64,000 nucleotides of DNA, from positions 1,615,667-1,679,666 of the forward strand of contig NW_019091356.1 of NCBI RefSeq assembly GCF_001949145.1, written 5' to 3'. A program made the translations under genes and the position numbers. Positions 13,201 through 24,000 of the stretch are shown here, in pieces. The DNA comes from Acanthaster planci (Eukaryota). Numbering within the stretch: position 1 is the stretch's first letter; each line of letters starts with the position of its first letter. Below the pieces are notes generated by a model that saw nothing but the letters and a program-made list of their open reading frames with translations, made no database searches and had not been told where the DNA came from.

Positions 13201-13441
13201 TGTCATTGTACGGTTTCTCCCGCTCGGGAGATGAGCGCACAGGCTGCTTCTCGGGTGGCATCTTCTCGGCAGCCCGTTGATTGTCTTGCTGCTGCTGCTC
13301 TTGCCGTTTCACCTGTTGCTGCTGCTGTTGTTGTTGTTCCTGTTGGTGCTCCGGTTGCTGCACTTCCTGCTGCTGTTGTTGACTGTCGTCCATGTTGGAT
13401 CTATTGTGACGCAAGGTGTTGAGCTTTGAACCCATGCACAT
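468..13441 (-). CDS. ARM-repeat / TIR / SAM domain protein (SARM1-like domain set, order ARM-TIR-SAM), ~722 aa, 10 coding exons
   Basis: Hand-spliced exons in transcript order: 13441-13027, 11469-11258, 9083-8858, 7001-6868, 5862-5568, 3681-3560, 2908-2767, 2237-2040, 1430-1172, 633-468 (TGA at 470-468). All introns are GT-AG and phases match (1,0,1,0,1,0,1,1,2); total 2169 nt. ARM-like motifs: YNTVWNLSDAS, LSILHNLSKAPSNR, GLGRLAVNDHNK, AATQAIWNLAFD, AAKGALW. TIR: HIMISYQW...GYRVWVDVDCM...CISERYKESPNCRTEAEYAY...IIPLMMD...GWLGMIMG. SAM-like: VREWSRDNVQQWL...FDGSLLAQL. The start codon (13441, 13435 or the later Met of MDDSQQ) is uncertain. Confidence 0.88.
1457..1639. mobile_element. Tc1/mariner (Tigger/pogo-like) non-autonomous element (MITE)
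   Basis: Imperfect TIRs cagtcaatccttgttataa ... ttacatcaagcgtagactg followed by TA. The internal sequence (ttgcagggaccagataaattactttgtta...aagaaattaggattcaca) recurs at about 11070-11175. Confidence 0.6.
2040..3681 (-). other. TIR domain-encoding exons (3681-3560, 2908-2767, 2237-2040) of the ARM-TIR-SAM gene
   Basis: Box1-like IMISYQW, BB-loop region VWVDVDCMYGS, beta-C FLLCIS, alpha-C SPNCRTEAEYA and beta-D IIPLMM, as seen in TIR_2/SARM-type TIR domains. Confidence 0.9.
3982..4778. repeat. 42-bp minisatellite, ~19 copies, in the intron between the ARM and TIR exons
   Basis: Unit aaaaatcagtgctgcattgaacaagagtcgagtccatgtcc(a/g), head-to-tail with no unique spacers. It explains the repetitive ORFs 3968..4738, 4009..4719, 4093..4506 and 4292..4756. 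Confidence 0.97.
7260..7479. mobile_element. MITE-like element with ATAGAG termini
   Basis: Left end atagagatttttcag is the imperfect reverse complement of the right end tcacgtgaaaaacctctat. Confidence 0.5.
7577..7780. repeat. 51-bp minisatellite, 4 copies
   Basis: Unit aagg(a/g)ccttcattccacaagtgctttc(g/a)tagacacatggtatccacaactt; produces the repetitive ORF 7544..7792. Confidence 0.95.
9926..10115. repeat. Tandem duplication, two diverged ~90-bp copies
   Basis: aaagta(c/t)gggaaatacaaattagctaaaggaagtccaa...aaattaaa(c/a)cttgcacagaggag occurs twice about 100 bp apart. Confidence 0.85.
11055..11185. mobile_element. Second, degenerate copy of the 1457-1639 MITE family
   Basis: Shares ttgcagggacca(a/g)ataa, tttgttata and aagaaat..ggattcaca with the 1457-1639 element. 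Confidence 0.55.
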
Positions 13442-16400
13442 TTCAAACAGTGAGCAAGGTCACGGCTTTCCACTTGAGAGAAGTTTGTTCCAAGCGAGGA
13501 TCAGGGTAAAGATCTATTTTTTAAAAAAAATGAGATTCACGACAGGTTATTGAGGTTACTAGATGGAGGAACAGATGCACTATGGCAGCCTTGTGAATTC
13601 TATTCAATACATCATTGACGAGTCTGGTCACAAGTCTGTTGGTGTTACTCAGTGATTGCTGGTAATCGCACAATGATCTGTAAAACATGGCTGGAAATTA
13701 AGGAAAATAATTTAAAATATTGACTGCACACCAAAACTTGAAAACTGTTCCACAATGTACATGTAAATTACTGAAAACATATTAGAACAAGTCTGTGATG
13801 TACCCTGCATTTTTTGGTACATCTGGAGGGGATGAAACAGACACAACTGAAATTCCGATCACTACACGACAACATTTATATGCATGTACTGAGTGCATTC
13901 CCACTGGATTTACTGCCAGGAATTGGGCACTCTGCATAACTGAACAGCAATGCACTCCAGAGGACAAGGTCTGGTCGTTTTGAAGCAAATGACCAGTGCT
14001 TATCTCCCTGTGGAGTTTTCTCTCTTGATGCATTTCATTCAGATTTGATGAGATGGATTTATACGTTAATTTCCATGGGGAAAGAATGGTCATAAACTAT
14101 AAAACATAATTATGTAATGAAGGAAAACATGGTGCCGATACTGGACGGCATTGCTCATCGAAACCAAACCATACAGTACATGCCCTGCCATCGGGACTGT
14201 GTCTTTAAGATGATTTCTGTGCTCGTAAAATTTTAACCAACTCTGCATTCAGCATCATTTTTGTTTTCATTTTAGTCAGCACTTAATAATTCTTATACAG
14301 TGCGGTGGAAAAGGCAGGTGGTGTAGAGGGGGCTGGAGTCTGAAATGGGTGAACTCAAGCCCTCATGGAGCATGGGGACCTCAAACAGGCCCTTAAATAA
14401 CCCACCTGTTCATTCTTTCCCTATCCAACTTCTGCATGCATCTTCATGTTCCAACAGTCGGGGGAGGGGGGGCGGGAGTGTTTGGGAATAATCCCACCAA
14501 TCCGAAATTCACGGATGAAATGTTTGCTTGGTGTGACGCAGCTTGATTTTAGCTCATAAGTGGAATTGTGAATACTAACATGATTAATTGGATTAGATTA
14601 CATGACACAGGCGTTGGACACAACATGTCTGCTTCCACTTCAGTTTAAATGGTAACACTAACATGCACAGTGGGAATGCACACGCGTAAGCACAGACCAC
14701 ACTTCTGTGAAATGTAAAAGGTTACATTGACCGGGTGCTGCACTCTCATTTCATTTGCCAAAGAGTCAAAGGGAACAGGCAAGCCGGCAGTAAGCAATGC
14801 AGTGATTCAAGGTCATCATTAGTTGCTACATCCCTAAATCTACACCCAGTGGCTACATGTACGTGTACGTCAGTTGGAACCTTGCTGAATGCTCTAAAAA
14901 AATCCCTCATTCTGTGCTGAACCAGACATCAACAAACATCTTTGGTACATGTTCCAAATGTACAAGGAAAGGAATTAAAATCTAACGACAGGAAACTCGA
15001 TACCAACAAACTATCACATGTTCATGGCTCAGACAGTCAGACACATCAAAGCCAGCATATACACTGGGTCATCAAGTTGGTTCAGCAGTACACAGGTACA
15101 AAGTATGAACAATCACCCATAAATATTAACAAGACAATCGCCTTTACCGATTTCAGAATTACACCTACATGTACATACATGTACATGTAAATATATACAT
15201 AACAGAGGTTGTCTTCATAGCCTCAATTATTTTGCCAAACTTTGTTGACTGTCATATTTTAAAGAAAATTTTTATGCACATGAAAAATTGGACAAAATAC
15301 CCTGTATCTTCAGATAGATTATTCCCCCCCCCAAAGAAAAACAAATACAGTGTTAGTGAAACTGCAAGTTCACCAATACAAACATATATGTGTACATGAA
15401 AAAGATATGTATTTATGTACACTGTACATGTACATGTCCCACATACACTGTACATGTGTGCATCAGGTCAGTAAAAGGCATCGGTCACTGTGTGTATTCC
15501 TTCATCTATTATGCATCACTTGATTTGACCACTCCCTCAGCTGAAGTCATCATCCCTGGATCTGTTGGCAAGCTCCATTTACCCTGGAAGGTAAAGGTCA
15601 CCCATGCTAGGGCAATGGAGGAGAGGTTCTTCCCATTCAACATCACATGATCAAACAAAATTTAATCAAACGTGTACCTGAAGTATGTATCAGTATGGAG
15701 TAACATGCTTCAAGAAAAGAAAGTGGGTGTGAACACAGGTACACCAAGGTGCATGTCTGGGTATGTAATGAATGCACATCATGTAAGACCAAGAACAAAC
15801 AGACAGATGACCCATGGGAACAGATGTTAACGGCATTCAGTCAGTATGCTCAAACTCTCTTATCAAGAACGTAATTCAACATAATGAACTGTACAAAATC
15901 CATGACTGAAGATTAGCATCCAATATCAAAATTACGTACCATTGTGTGTGCATATAAATGTATGTATGTACATGTATGTATGTACAGGTATGCAGCATAT
16001 TCAATAACTCCGATATTGTACACGTAAATCATTTTACAGCAAACTGCAAGAATTTTACATTTAATTAATCAAAATGTCTGTAGTTAAAAAAAGTCAGATT
16101 AATCGTGAAACTTCAATAACATCTGGTTATTTTAAGTAATTTTCAACAGTTAAGTACGGACCACACATGCATCACAATTTGTGTACTTACGTATTACAAA
16201 GCTTTCTGTTTGAATTCTGGTTGCAGATTGGCACCGTCGACAAAGCAATTTGTGGACTTTCTTCTTAACGAGATATACACGTAAGTTATACATGTAGATG
16301 TGAGATTCGACCTGACCAGCTGAGCTACAAACCCACAGTGAATGGACGGATGAGGCTTGGCAACAATTACTGCAAAGCTCAGGAGAGAGAGGAAATTGAA

Positions 16401-17003
16401 TCCCTGGGGATGGCCGGGACAGCAGAGTGGATAGCTGGAATTATGGCCCACAGCCCCGTCAGGAAAGCGGCAATAGCTTACGGCCACGGAAGGATGTCAA
16501 AAAAGTTTGCTCGAGTTCAAACCACCTGCACATTCCCCCGCCAAAAAACCGCCCCAAGTCTAGTCCAGAGTCCAGACGGTTAAGTGCTAAGTGACATGAT
16601 AAGTATGTGCCTTAAATCACTCACGATTTTATGGAACTTTATCAGCTTGCTGTCTTTGCAGATTGAAGGAAGTCTCATTTGTGGAGGATTAAGCGGGATT
16701 GATCAGGCTTTCCTGGTCATTACATCATGTGCCTTGTTAATCCTAGCTAAGCCCTGGCTCCTTAAAGTCAGTGGTTTTATCACTTCCCAGATTGCGGCAC
16801 AACCTGATGTTAGGAAACTGCAATGGATCTAAGATTAATACAAATATCAATCATGTCACAAAATTCTACGAACTAAACGCTTTTGGTCATGTTTCGGGCT
16901 TTGATTTGTTTTACTCAATGTACTTTCAATGAAATTGAAATTTCTCTTTTTTGTCACTGATTGTGCGAATTTAAATGCAGACAAGAGGATGTTGGCTAGA
17001 CAC

Positions 17004-17087
17004 GGGCCTACATTGTAGGGCCTACATTGTAGGGCCTACAATGTAGGGCCTACATTGTAGGGCCTACATTGTAGGGCCTACATTGTA
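17004..17087. repeat. 14-bp quasi-palindromic minisatellite, 6 copies
   Basis: (gggcctacattgta)x6 with one acaat variant. It contains the palindromes tgtagg-g-cctaca and taca-t-tgta. Confidence 0.95.
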
Positions 17088-19286
17088 AACTTTATTGTTA
17101 TCTCTTGTGAGGACAACAAAGTACAGGTGTGACGACATTGTGTGGACATGTTCGTGAACCACTTCATTGCAATCGTTTTGTCACAGGTCAGATGACAAAA
17201 CGGCACCCCTGCTACCCATTTGCATTTTTAAAGCAATGAACAGCGACGTGTAAGGATGATCTCTGGGCATGTTCAATGCATGTCAAATACAAGATTGGAA
17301 TGACATCAAGTCATTTGTTCCCCAATGCCACTGGTCAGTCTCAAATTGGGAAAAAGTTCCATACGGACGCCACTCGACACCCCATGCACATACCCTATGA
17401 CACTGGTCTGAAAATTTCAAAGTGTTTTCTAAGTAAACGACTTTGTATTTTCCCTCCTACATTTAAATCGGACTTTATTGCACATGTTTTTGCTTTCTGA
17501 TGGCTAACAGGCAAGGAATAATTACTGGCATCCATAGATGGAACTTTTCCCTCAAATTGAAATTGGCCCCGAAAACTCCAAGTGGCATGCACTGTCGGAA
17601 GACATTACCCTCATTTGTCTGTGAATGATTACAAAGCAGTTGGCAAGAAATACTGCATTTGACATCAAAACCAACACTTCCGGCTCGCAAGCGTGTTTTG
17701 ATTGGTCTTACAAATGTCTATCATTGCTACTTGTATGCTCGAGTGCTCCGTTTTAACAAAGACACCATGCGCCACAAACTCTCTGTACAAACAAGAGGTC
17801 GCTCAACCATATCAATGGATGTTCCCTTTTAAAAACAACCAAGAAAATTGCAGCTGTTGAAACTGTCTTCCCTGTCATCAATCTAGCTTAATACTTGACT
17901 TGTTACATTAGTTTTTATTCTCAGAAGAAATGTACTTACAGTATGTGGTTCATAACTGTTGCATACTGTATGTAATTTGCATTTGAAGGGGGCCCCTGCT
18001 TGGCAAACTGTGCTCTTTAGGGATCCCCTCCTGCACAAGAAAATTAGAAATGAAGGAAGGTCTGTTCAATTAATTCACCTCCTACTTTGTCACGACTGAG
18101 AGGCGAGGTAAAAACAAAAGAATGAGTGCTTCCAAGTTTCAAAGGAAATCATTCATAAACAGCGGATATAAGAGGAAAATATTGAGAAGGAAATTCTGCT
18201 TGTAATTTGATACATCCTGTGCTACAACGAAGGTTTACAAAAGCCAGCCATTTATTGCTCTGTCTTGCCAAGCTTCATTGGTCACAGTCTTGTGTATGTT
18301 GCTTTCTTCTGGAAGGAGAAACAACACACATGGTGCCTGAATACACGTAGAGTCGAACCTCGTTAATAAGAGGTCCTTCGGACTTGGCAAATTTACTTAT
18401 TATAACAGGAACCTTGCATTATCCGGAATGAAACAATGAAAAACAAATGACTGGGACCTTACAATATCTTTGTCTTAAGCAGAATCTTGTATTAACAGTG
18501 CGCTTATTCATGAGCCTCGACTGAACATAAAATTCATATAGCCTACATACATGTCCATTTATAAACACGCACTGAGCACAAACAGGTAAGACTAAAAGCA
18601 CACAGACTTTCCCAAGGAGATCATCGCTTTATAAACAAAGTTCTCCTCCAATGCACCATTAAGCCTGGATAGCAACCCAATAGTTGTATGTGCATATCAC
18701 CAAAAAAAAAGACAGACAGCTTGTAGAGTGTTCCCTGACTGGCATGACTGAAGGTAGTTTTGTAACTAATTCTGTTGTACAATAGGCTTGTTGTAAATTC
18801 ACAAAGCTTTGAAAAACAAACACGAGGAAACTTACATTAGGCCTAAATGGCCCCTCTTTTTTTCTGTCAACCAATCTCACATTTTTTTTCCCCATTATAA
18901 GAGTCATGAAGACTGCACTTATGAGAAGGCTGACACACGCACTGCGCATCGGTAACTAAACAAGCTCAAATCCCCAACTAGGACAACTGTAGGAGCCTAG
19001 TTCATGGTTGGTCACATAATTATATTCATCCACTGGAACAGAAATTTGAGAAACTTCATTTCTTATTCAGAATTAACGTTCATAGTTTGTAGAACGTAGT
19101 TCAAAAGCAATATGTGTTCCAACAGAGGGGCCTAATGTTACACATTTACATGATCACTGATGATATTGTACGAGGAAAACCACGTGTCGGAAACAGCAGC
19201 CGTTTTGAAGAGTTTGCCATGTTTGTTTACCCTAATAATAATTTGCCAATGTTTGCACACAAATTGTGAATTGGAAGCTCACTTAC

Positions 19287-19520
19287 CCCCAAGTCTACGA
19301 AAGGTGTTGGTTGACATTTGGATGGTGTTTATGACGTCTTAGGAACTCCAACACAATTGTCAACAGTTCAGGCTCAATCAAGTCTTCTGGCACATTTTTC
19401 CTCGCTTTCCTTCGTCACTCATAATACAGGCCTATCCGTGCGACCGTAGATTGTGTGAAGCCAATCATTCATTTCTGACATGTGAAAAACAGGAGTAAAC
19501 AGCGCCCTCTAAGGTTTTAA
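19287..19520 (-). promoter_or_regulatory. Candidate non-coding first exon and promoter of the ARM-TIR-SAM gene
   Basis: Perfect minus-strand donor GGG|gtaagt at 19287/19286, a CCAAT box near 19461 and a CTCF-like agcgccctct at 19501. The first coding exon has a splice acceptor at about 13513, so an upstream exon is required. CpG depletion appears to end here. Confidence 0.4.
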
Positions 19521-20993
19521 CAAGATAGAATTTACTGTGTATTGTGTAGTAGAGTCCATTTTCAAATGAGCAGATGTTGTGACAAAAATGTCACCTACAA
19601 TACCATAACTGTATTTTAAAATATCTTACTGAACTAGACTGTAATGCAAACTTGAGGGAAGTAAATATATAATCTGTTTTAAGGGCACAAATAAAAATTT
19701 TTCTGCAGATCATGAATAACGCCCTCTGTTGGCTGAAACACTCTTGCCAATTCGGACTAAGCCAGCGGACTGAAAAGCCAAACTCATCCCAAGGATGATG
19801 TGGCCAATACAGCCCGAAAGCAAACCCCTGATGGCGCACTTCAGGAGCCCTTGGATGGGAAAAATAAAAGGGAAAGATTTTAGAATTTGTAATATTTTTT
19901 CGTTCAGTTACTTCTTAAAAAATCCAACTCAGAAAAGGGGCTTTGGGAAAAAAAACAGAAATATCCTGCCAAAATTGACCAATCAGTTCCGAAAATCTAA
20001 AATACATGAAGAACAGTGCAATGTGGCAGTCTCGTACGCAGATGAACATTTAAGGTATGAAATTTTATGGTAGTCTGCCGGTAAATGCCGAAAAAAAAAC
20101 AGATCTCAATATATTACACACTTTTACAACTTATAAGATAATAAACTTAAAGCAATATAATTCTACTTTTAAAGATTGTAATATTTTATCTACACTAAAG
20201 TTTGCTGACAACAACTGTATAATGTCAACTCAACGAAATCTGGAACCCATCGACTGCAGGTAGGTAATATAAATCTTTGCAACCTCGTACAATCTCGTTT
20301 TTATGAAAGCACGGCGAGTGAAAACAAACGTGCATGAACAAGGAGACCAACCAGGTACGATATTGCCAGATGTTGAAGGTCGTTGATAAAATTCGTTTTT
20401 CACCCATCTCCAGCTGATTTTCCAAAATATTACTCGAGGAAGACAAAGGTAAAATTCCAACATGAGTGTTTCATGGGGTGGTTTCAGTAAGGAATTATCT
20501 TTCGAAAAATTTTCGAACGGGATAGGACGGCCCAATGTAAAATCCCCACAGGCAGACCGCAAGGGTTCCGGAAGCTCGACCTTTTACTTTCAGGCTCTAT
20601 AAGTTGCAGTATTTTGACAAGCACAAGTTGAATATAATTATACCAAAAGATGAACAGGTTGACAGCTTCAGATTACCCATAAATGACAGGGTTGATAAAA
20701 AATCATAATTTTTTTAACTAATAAAATCTGATTTCTTTTATTTAAATCATTTTTTTAGCAAAATCGACTTTTTAATCGATCTTTGTATAAGCTTTCCAGT
20801 AGGCTTTTGGTTCTGAAATTGAAGGCATGAAACACCACTGTGATGGCTAATGGAGCCACTGCTGACTTCTGGGGTTAAGTTTATCCTATGTCGAACTGCT
20901 TACTTCTTATCAAACACATAATTTTCAGAAATGCACATAAACTCTCCGTATGAACAAACTGTTAAGGCAGATTTCGGTGACAAAACAAAATGA

Positions 20994-21063
20994 TTAACCC
21001 TAACTCCCTAGGGTGTGTGCAAAATCATATTAAAATTGGAGGATTCAGGAATGTTAGGGTTAA
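20994..21063. mobile_element. Tiny piggyBac-type remnant (TTAA-flanked, CCC termini)
   Basis: ttaaccctaac (20994-21004) and gttagggttaa (21053-21063) are exact reverse complements including TTAA. Confidence 0.45.
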
Positions 21064-24000
21064 AGAACAGTGTCTTTGCTGCTTCAATTGGGAACAAGCT
21101 CTTGTTATTGCTAACACATGGCACACCTTATGTAATATTTTGATAATCATTACTGAATAAGTACACATCTTTGGTGTTGCAACAATGCGACGGCATGACG
21201 CGACAATGCGCCGCTGACGGCGGAAGTGGCTACAGACCCGAGGAAGAATGCCCCAAATGCGCCGCGTAATTGGCAGAAATGGAATTCCATAGCAACTAGG
21301 TACCAACCACACCTGGGTCAGTCCGAATTACCGTTGGGACCGTCCTAGTTGCGACGGTGCTATAGTGGAGAAATCCCAACGATGGCGGCGTCCGAAACCG
21401 GCTTTCCAGTGCTATAGCTTCGTCCCTTCTCACACTCAACTCTCATGCAATGTTAGCAGTCCTACCTCCACTGTCTTCGTTATTCACCCGATCTTATTAC
21501 AAACTGATGTTAATAAACAAGGCTCTTAAAGAAAAATGCAAATACTCGAAACTTGGAAGTAATACATTATCATTGTTATATGACATGGGCGCCAGGCTCA
21601 TAAGTGAGTCACAAGTCTGTAACACGTTGAATGAGTGTTTTTCCTTGAATAAAACAAACTTTATTCAGGCAGGCAATCAAATAACCTTTCAAAATTGATA
21701 TTTTCAAACAGGGATCAGGATGAAAAGAGAGAGAGACAGAGACAGAGATAAACTACCGGCCAGGATTCGAACCGTACACCATCCTTTTCCATCCTCACCC
21801 CATACACTGTACGCAAGTCAGCTCAACCAAACTCTCTGTTCTTTTTTCTTCTTTTGTGCCAATGGCCCAACATAATGACGCTGAACCTGTTGAGTATTTT
21901 AGGTGCCTAATACAATGTATTGTCGGCATGCTTCTTATAGTAGCATTTTGCTTTAAGTCTAGTTTATTGCGATGGGCAATAGGTAAGCTCAAATACAGCC
22001 AAAAAATTGTCAGGCCGACAGAATTCAAGAGTGATTCTGGCTGGTGGAGTTCGGCAGCTGAGACTGGCAGGATAACGCAGTGTACCCCGTCAAACTACCC
22101 CCAAACTCCCTTCACTTCGGACACCAGTGAACCTTATCAAGCGACAAAGTACTCTTGGTACAAGTACTGTTTAAAAAGTGGGAGATGTGCATGTACGAAA
22201 CGGGAAAACCTTCCACAATAACAGCAAAATGATCAGTTTTGTATCGCAGCATAATTACAGACCAGTATGATCACACGTGATGCTTGCGATTCTCCAGGGT
22301 GCTACATTAGAATAAAACGGCACGAAACCCGTAATAGACGAAACACATTCTTCCACCGGCAAACCTCCCATACAAGTTCAGTACGGAGTTTATAGCAGAA
22401 AAATAATGTCCAACTGATCACCATTAAAATTCCTATCCTCGAGCTTACAATTCGACGAAACGCTCACTGTCGTTCTATTTTGCGTCGCCACAAATTTTGT
22501 ACCTTGTTTTACGCTTTGCCCCAAAAGATTGAGACTTCAGGGGAGTGTCAGACACTGCACGCTTGTTGTCATGCTCAGTTCTTACGCAACGCTGGCAGCC
22601 CTGGCATGAGCAAATCGTCACGGCTACATAACAGCTAGGCACCGCAGGCTTACGTGAAGCATCAAAAGATTACCACCGTCGATGATGAAATCCATGCACG
22701 CTGCAAACCCGTCTGGCGAATTATGCTTAATCCAGACGTTTTCAAGCCAGGAAAAAAAAACCCGCTACATCAGCCAATGAATGACGCAAAAAAAAAAAAT
22801 CATTTATACGCACAGCCTTGCCAGATTACCCGAATCGTCGTCTGAAGTAATCCTTTCGAGAAATCATTTATTTTCGATGTGCGTCGTCGTTGGACGGCCA
22901 CCGCGAAAGAATAATCGAATTCGTGGGGTGCAGCTGCACCGACAGCCGCATCAATCTTTGCCGACCGGCGCGCTCCGTACCGGCACCCGTTGTTTGATCA
23001 GGTGCAATTAGAATCTCATCGGAAATTCAATAACACAAGAGGGCTACTCCATCAGCGTTAAAAGATAAGGATCACTAGACTTCCGTCTTCAAGCCAGTGG
23101 GCGGAGAGAAAAAGGAGGGGGCGGGATTTTAACGAATCAACTAATTTTTGTGGTGAGAGGGCTGAATGGGACTGCGAAATCATTCCCAAAATGTAGGAAA
23201 ATAATCCACAAAAAAGTGTCAAATGGCTGTTTTGAAAGGAGCTGAAAAAATAAACAAAATATGTGTCACCTTGACGAGTACAATTTCGGAAACCATCGAG
23301 ATATAGTTTAAACGCACAGTGCTAATTAGAAGACTCCGGAAGCGAACTATTATGAAACGTGGGCATGGGTTGGAGGTTTAATTAACTTTCGAGTTGATTG
23401 GTCAGATTTCCCAGCTTCCGTAGATGAGATACTCGAAAATAAATGAACCTGTACAGATGCATTACCCGACGAGATCAACGCAGCGTCACTAATGCTGTTA
23501 TGTCGGGACCGATTTCAAAAGAGCCAGGTACTTATTCCACATTATTATGGTGAGTCTTACAGTATTTTACCCTGACGTCTCGCTGATGTCGGAAGCTGAG
23601 TGGAAACAATGCTATTTTCAAATTTATTACACGCTGTGTTGACCCCCCCTCGAAAAAGAGGAAAATGCCACGTCAGGTTTGAATCACGGTTGTTCACGCG
23701 ATCAAAACAGTGTCCGTTAAATTACACTTGATCCACACAGAGAATAAAGCTCGATGCAGGAACTCTACGGAGTTGAAATAAAATGCTACTTTAATCAAGG
23801 CCAACAACATCGGAGATCCTGACTTGTTTATAACGTCTATTCAAAGATGTTGTTAGGCGTCCTTCAGCCGTCAGGTTTATAAAACTGTTCGGATATTATG
23901 CATGTTATCGTTGTGAACAAGAAACAAGAAAACAGTGGCAAAACCACGCAAACTCAGAAAACTTATTGGAATTAAATAGACAGAGAATGTCACAGTTTCC

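Noticed and set aside
468..13441. Calling the gene SARM1
   Set aside because: The domain order (ARM-TIR-SAM, one SAM) and TIR sequence differ from SARM1 (ARM-SAM-SAM-TIR); orthology is unsupported.
21382..21417. ATGGCGGCG as the start of a hidden gene
   Set aside because: The frame closes after 11 codons (TAG) with no convincing donor before it.
21755..21785. Minus-strand B-box (ggttcgaatcctggccgg)
   Set aside because: Isolated fragment with no A box or tRNA fold; at most a small SINE remnant.
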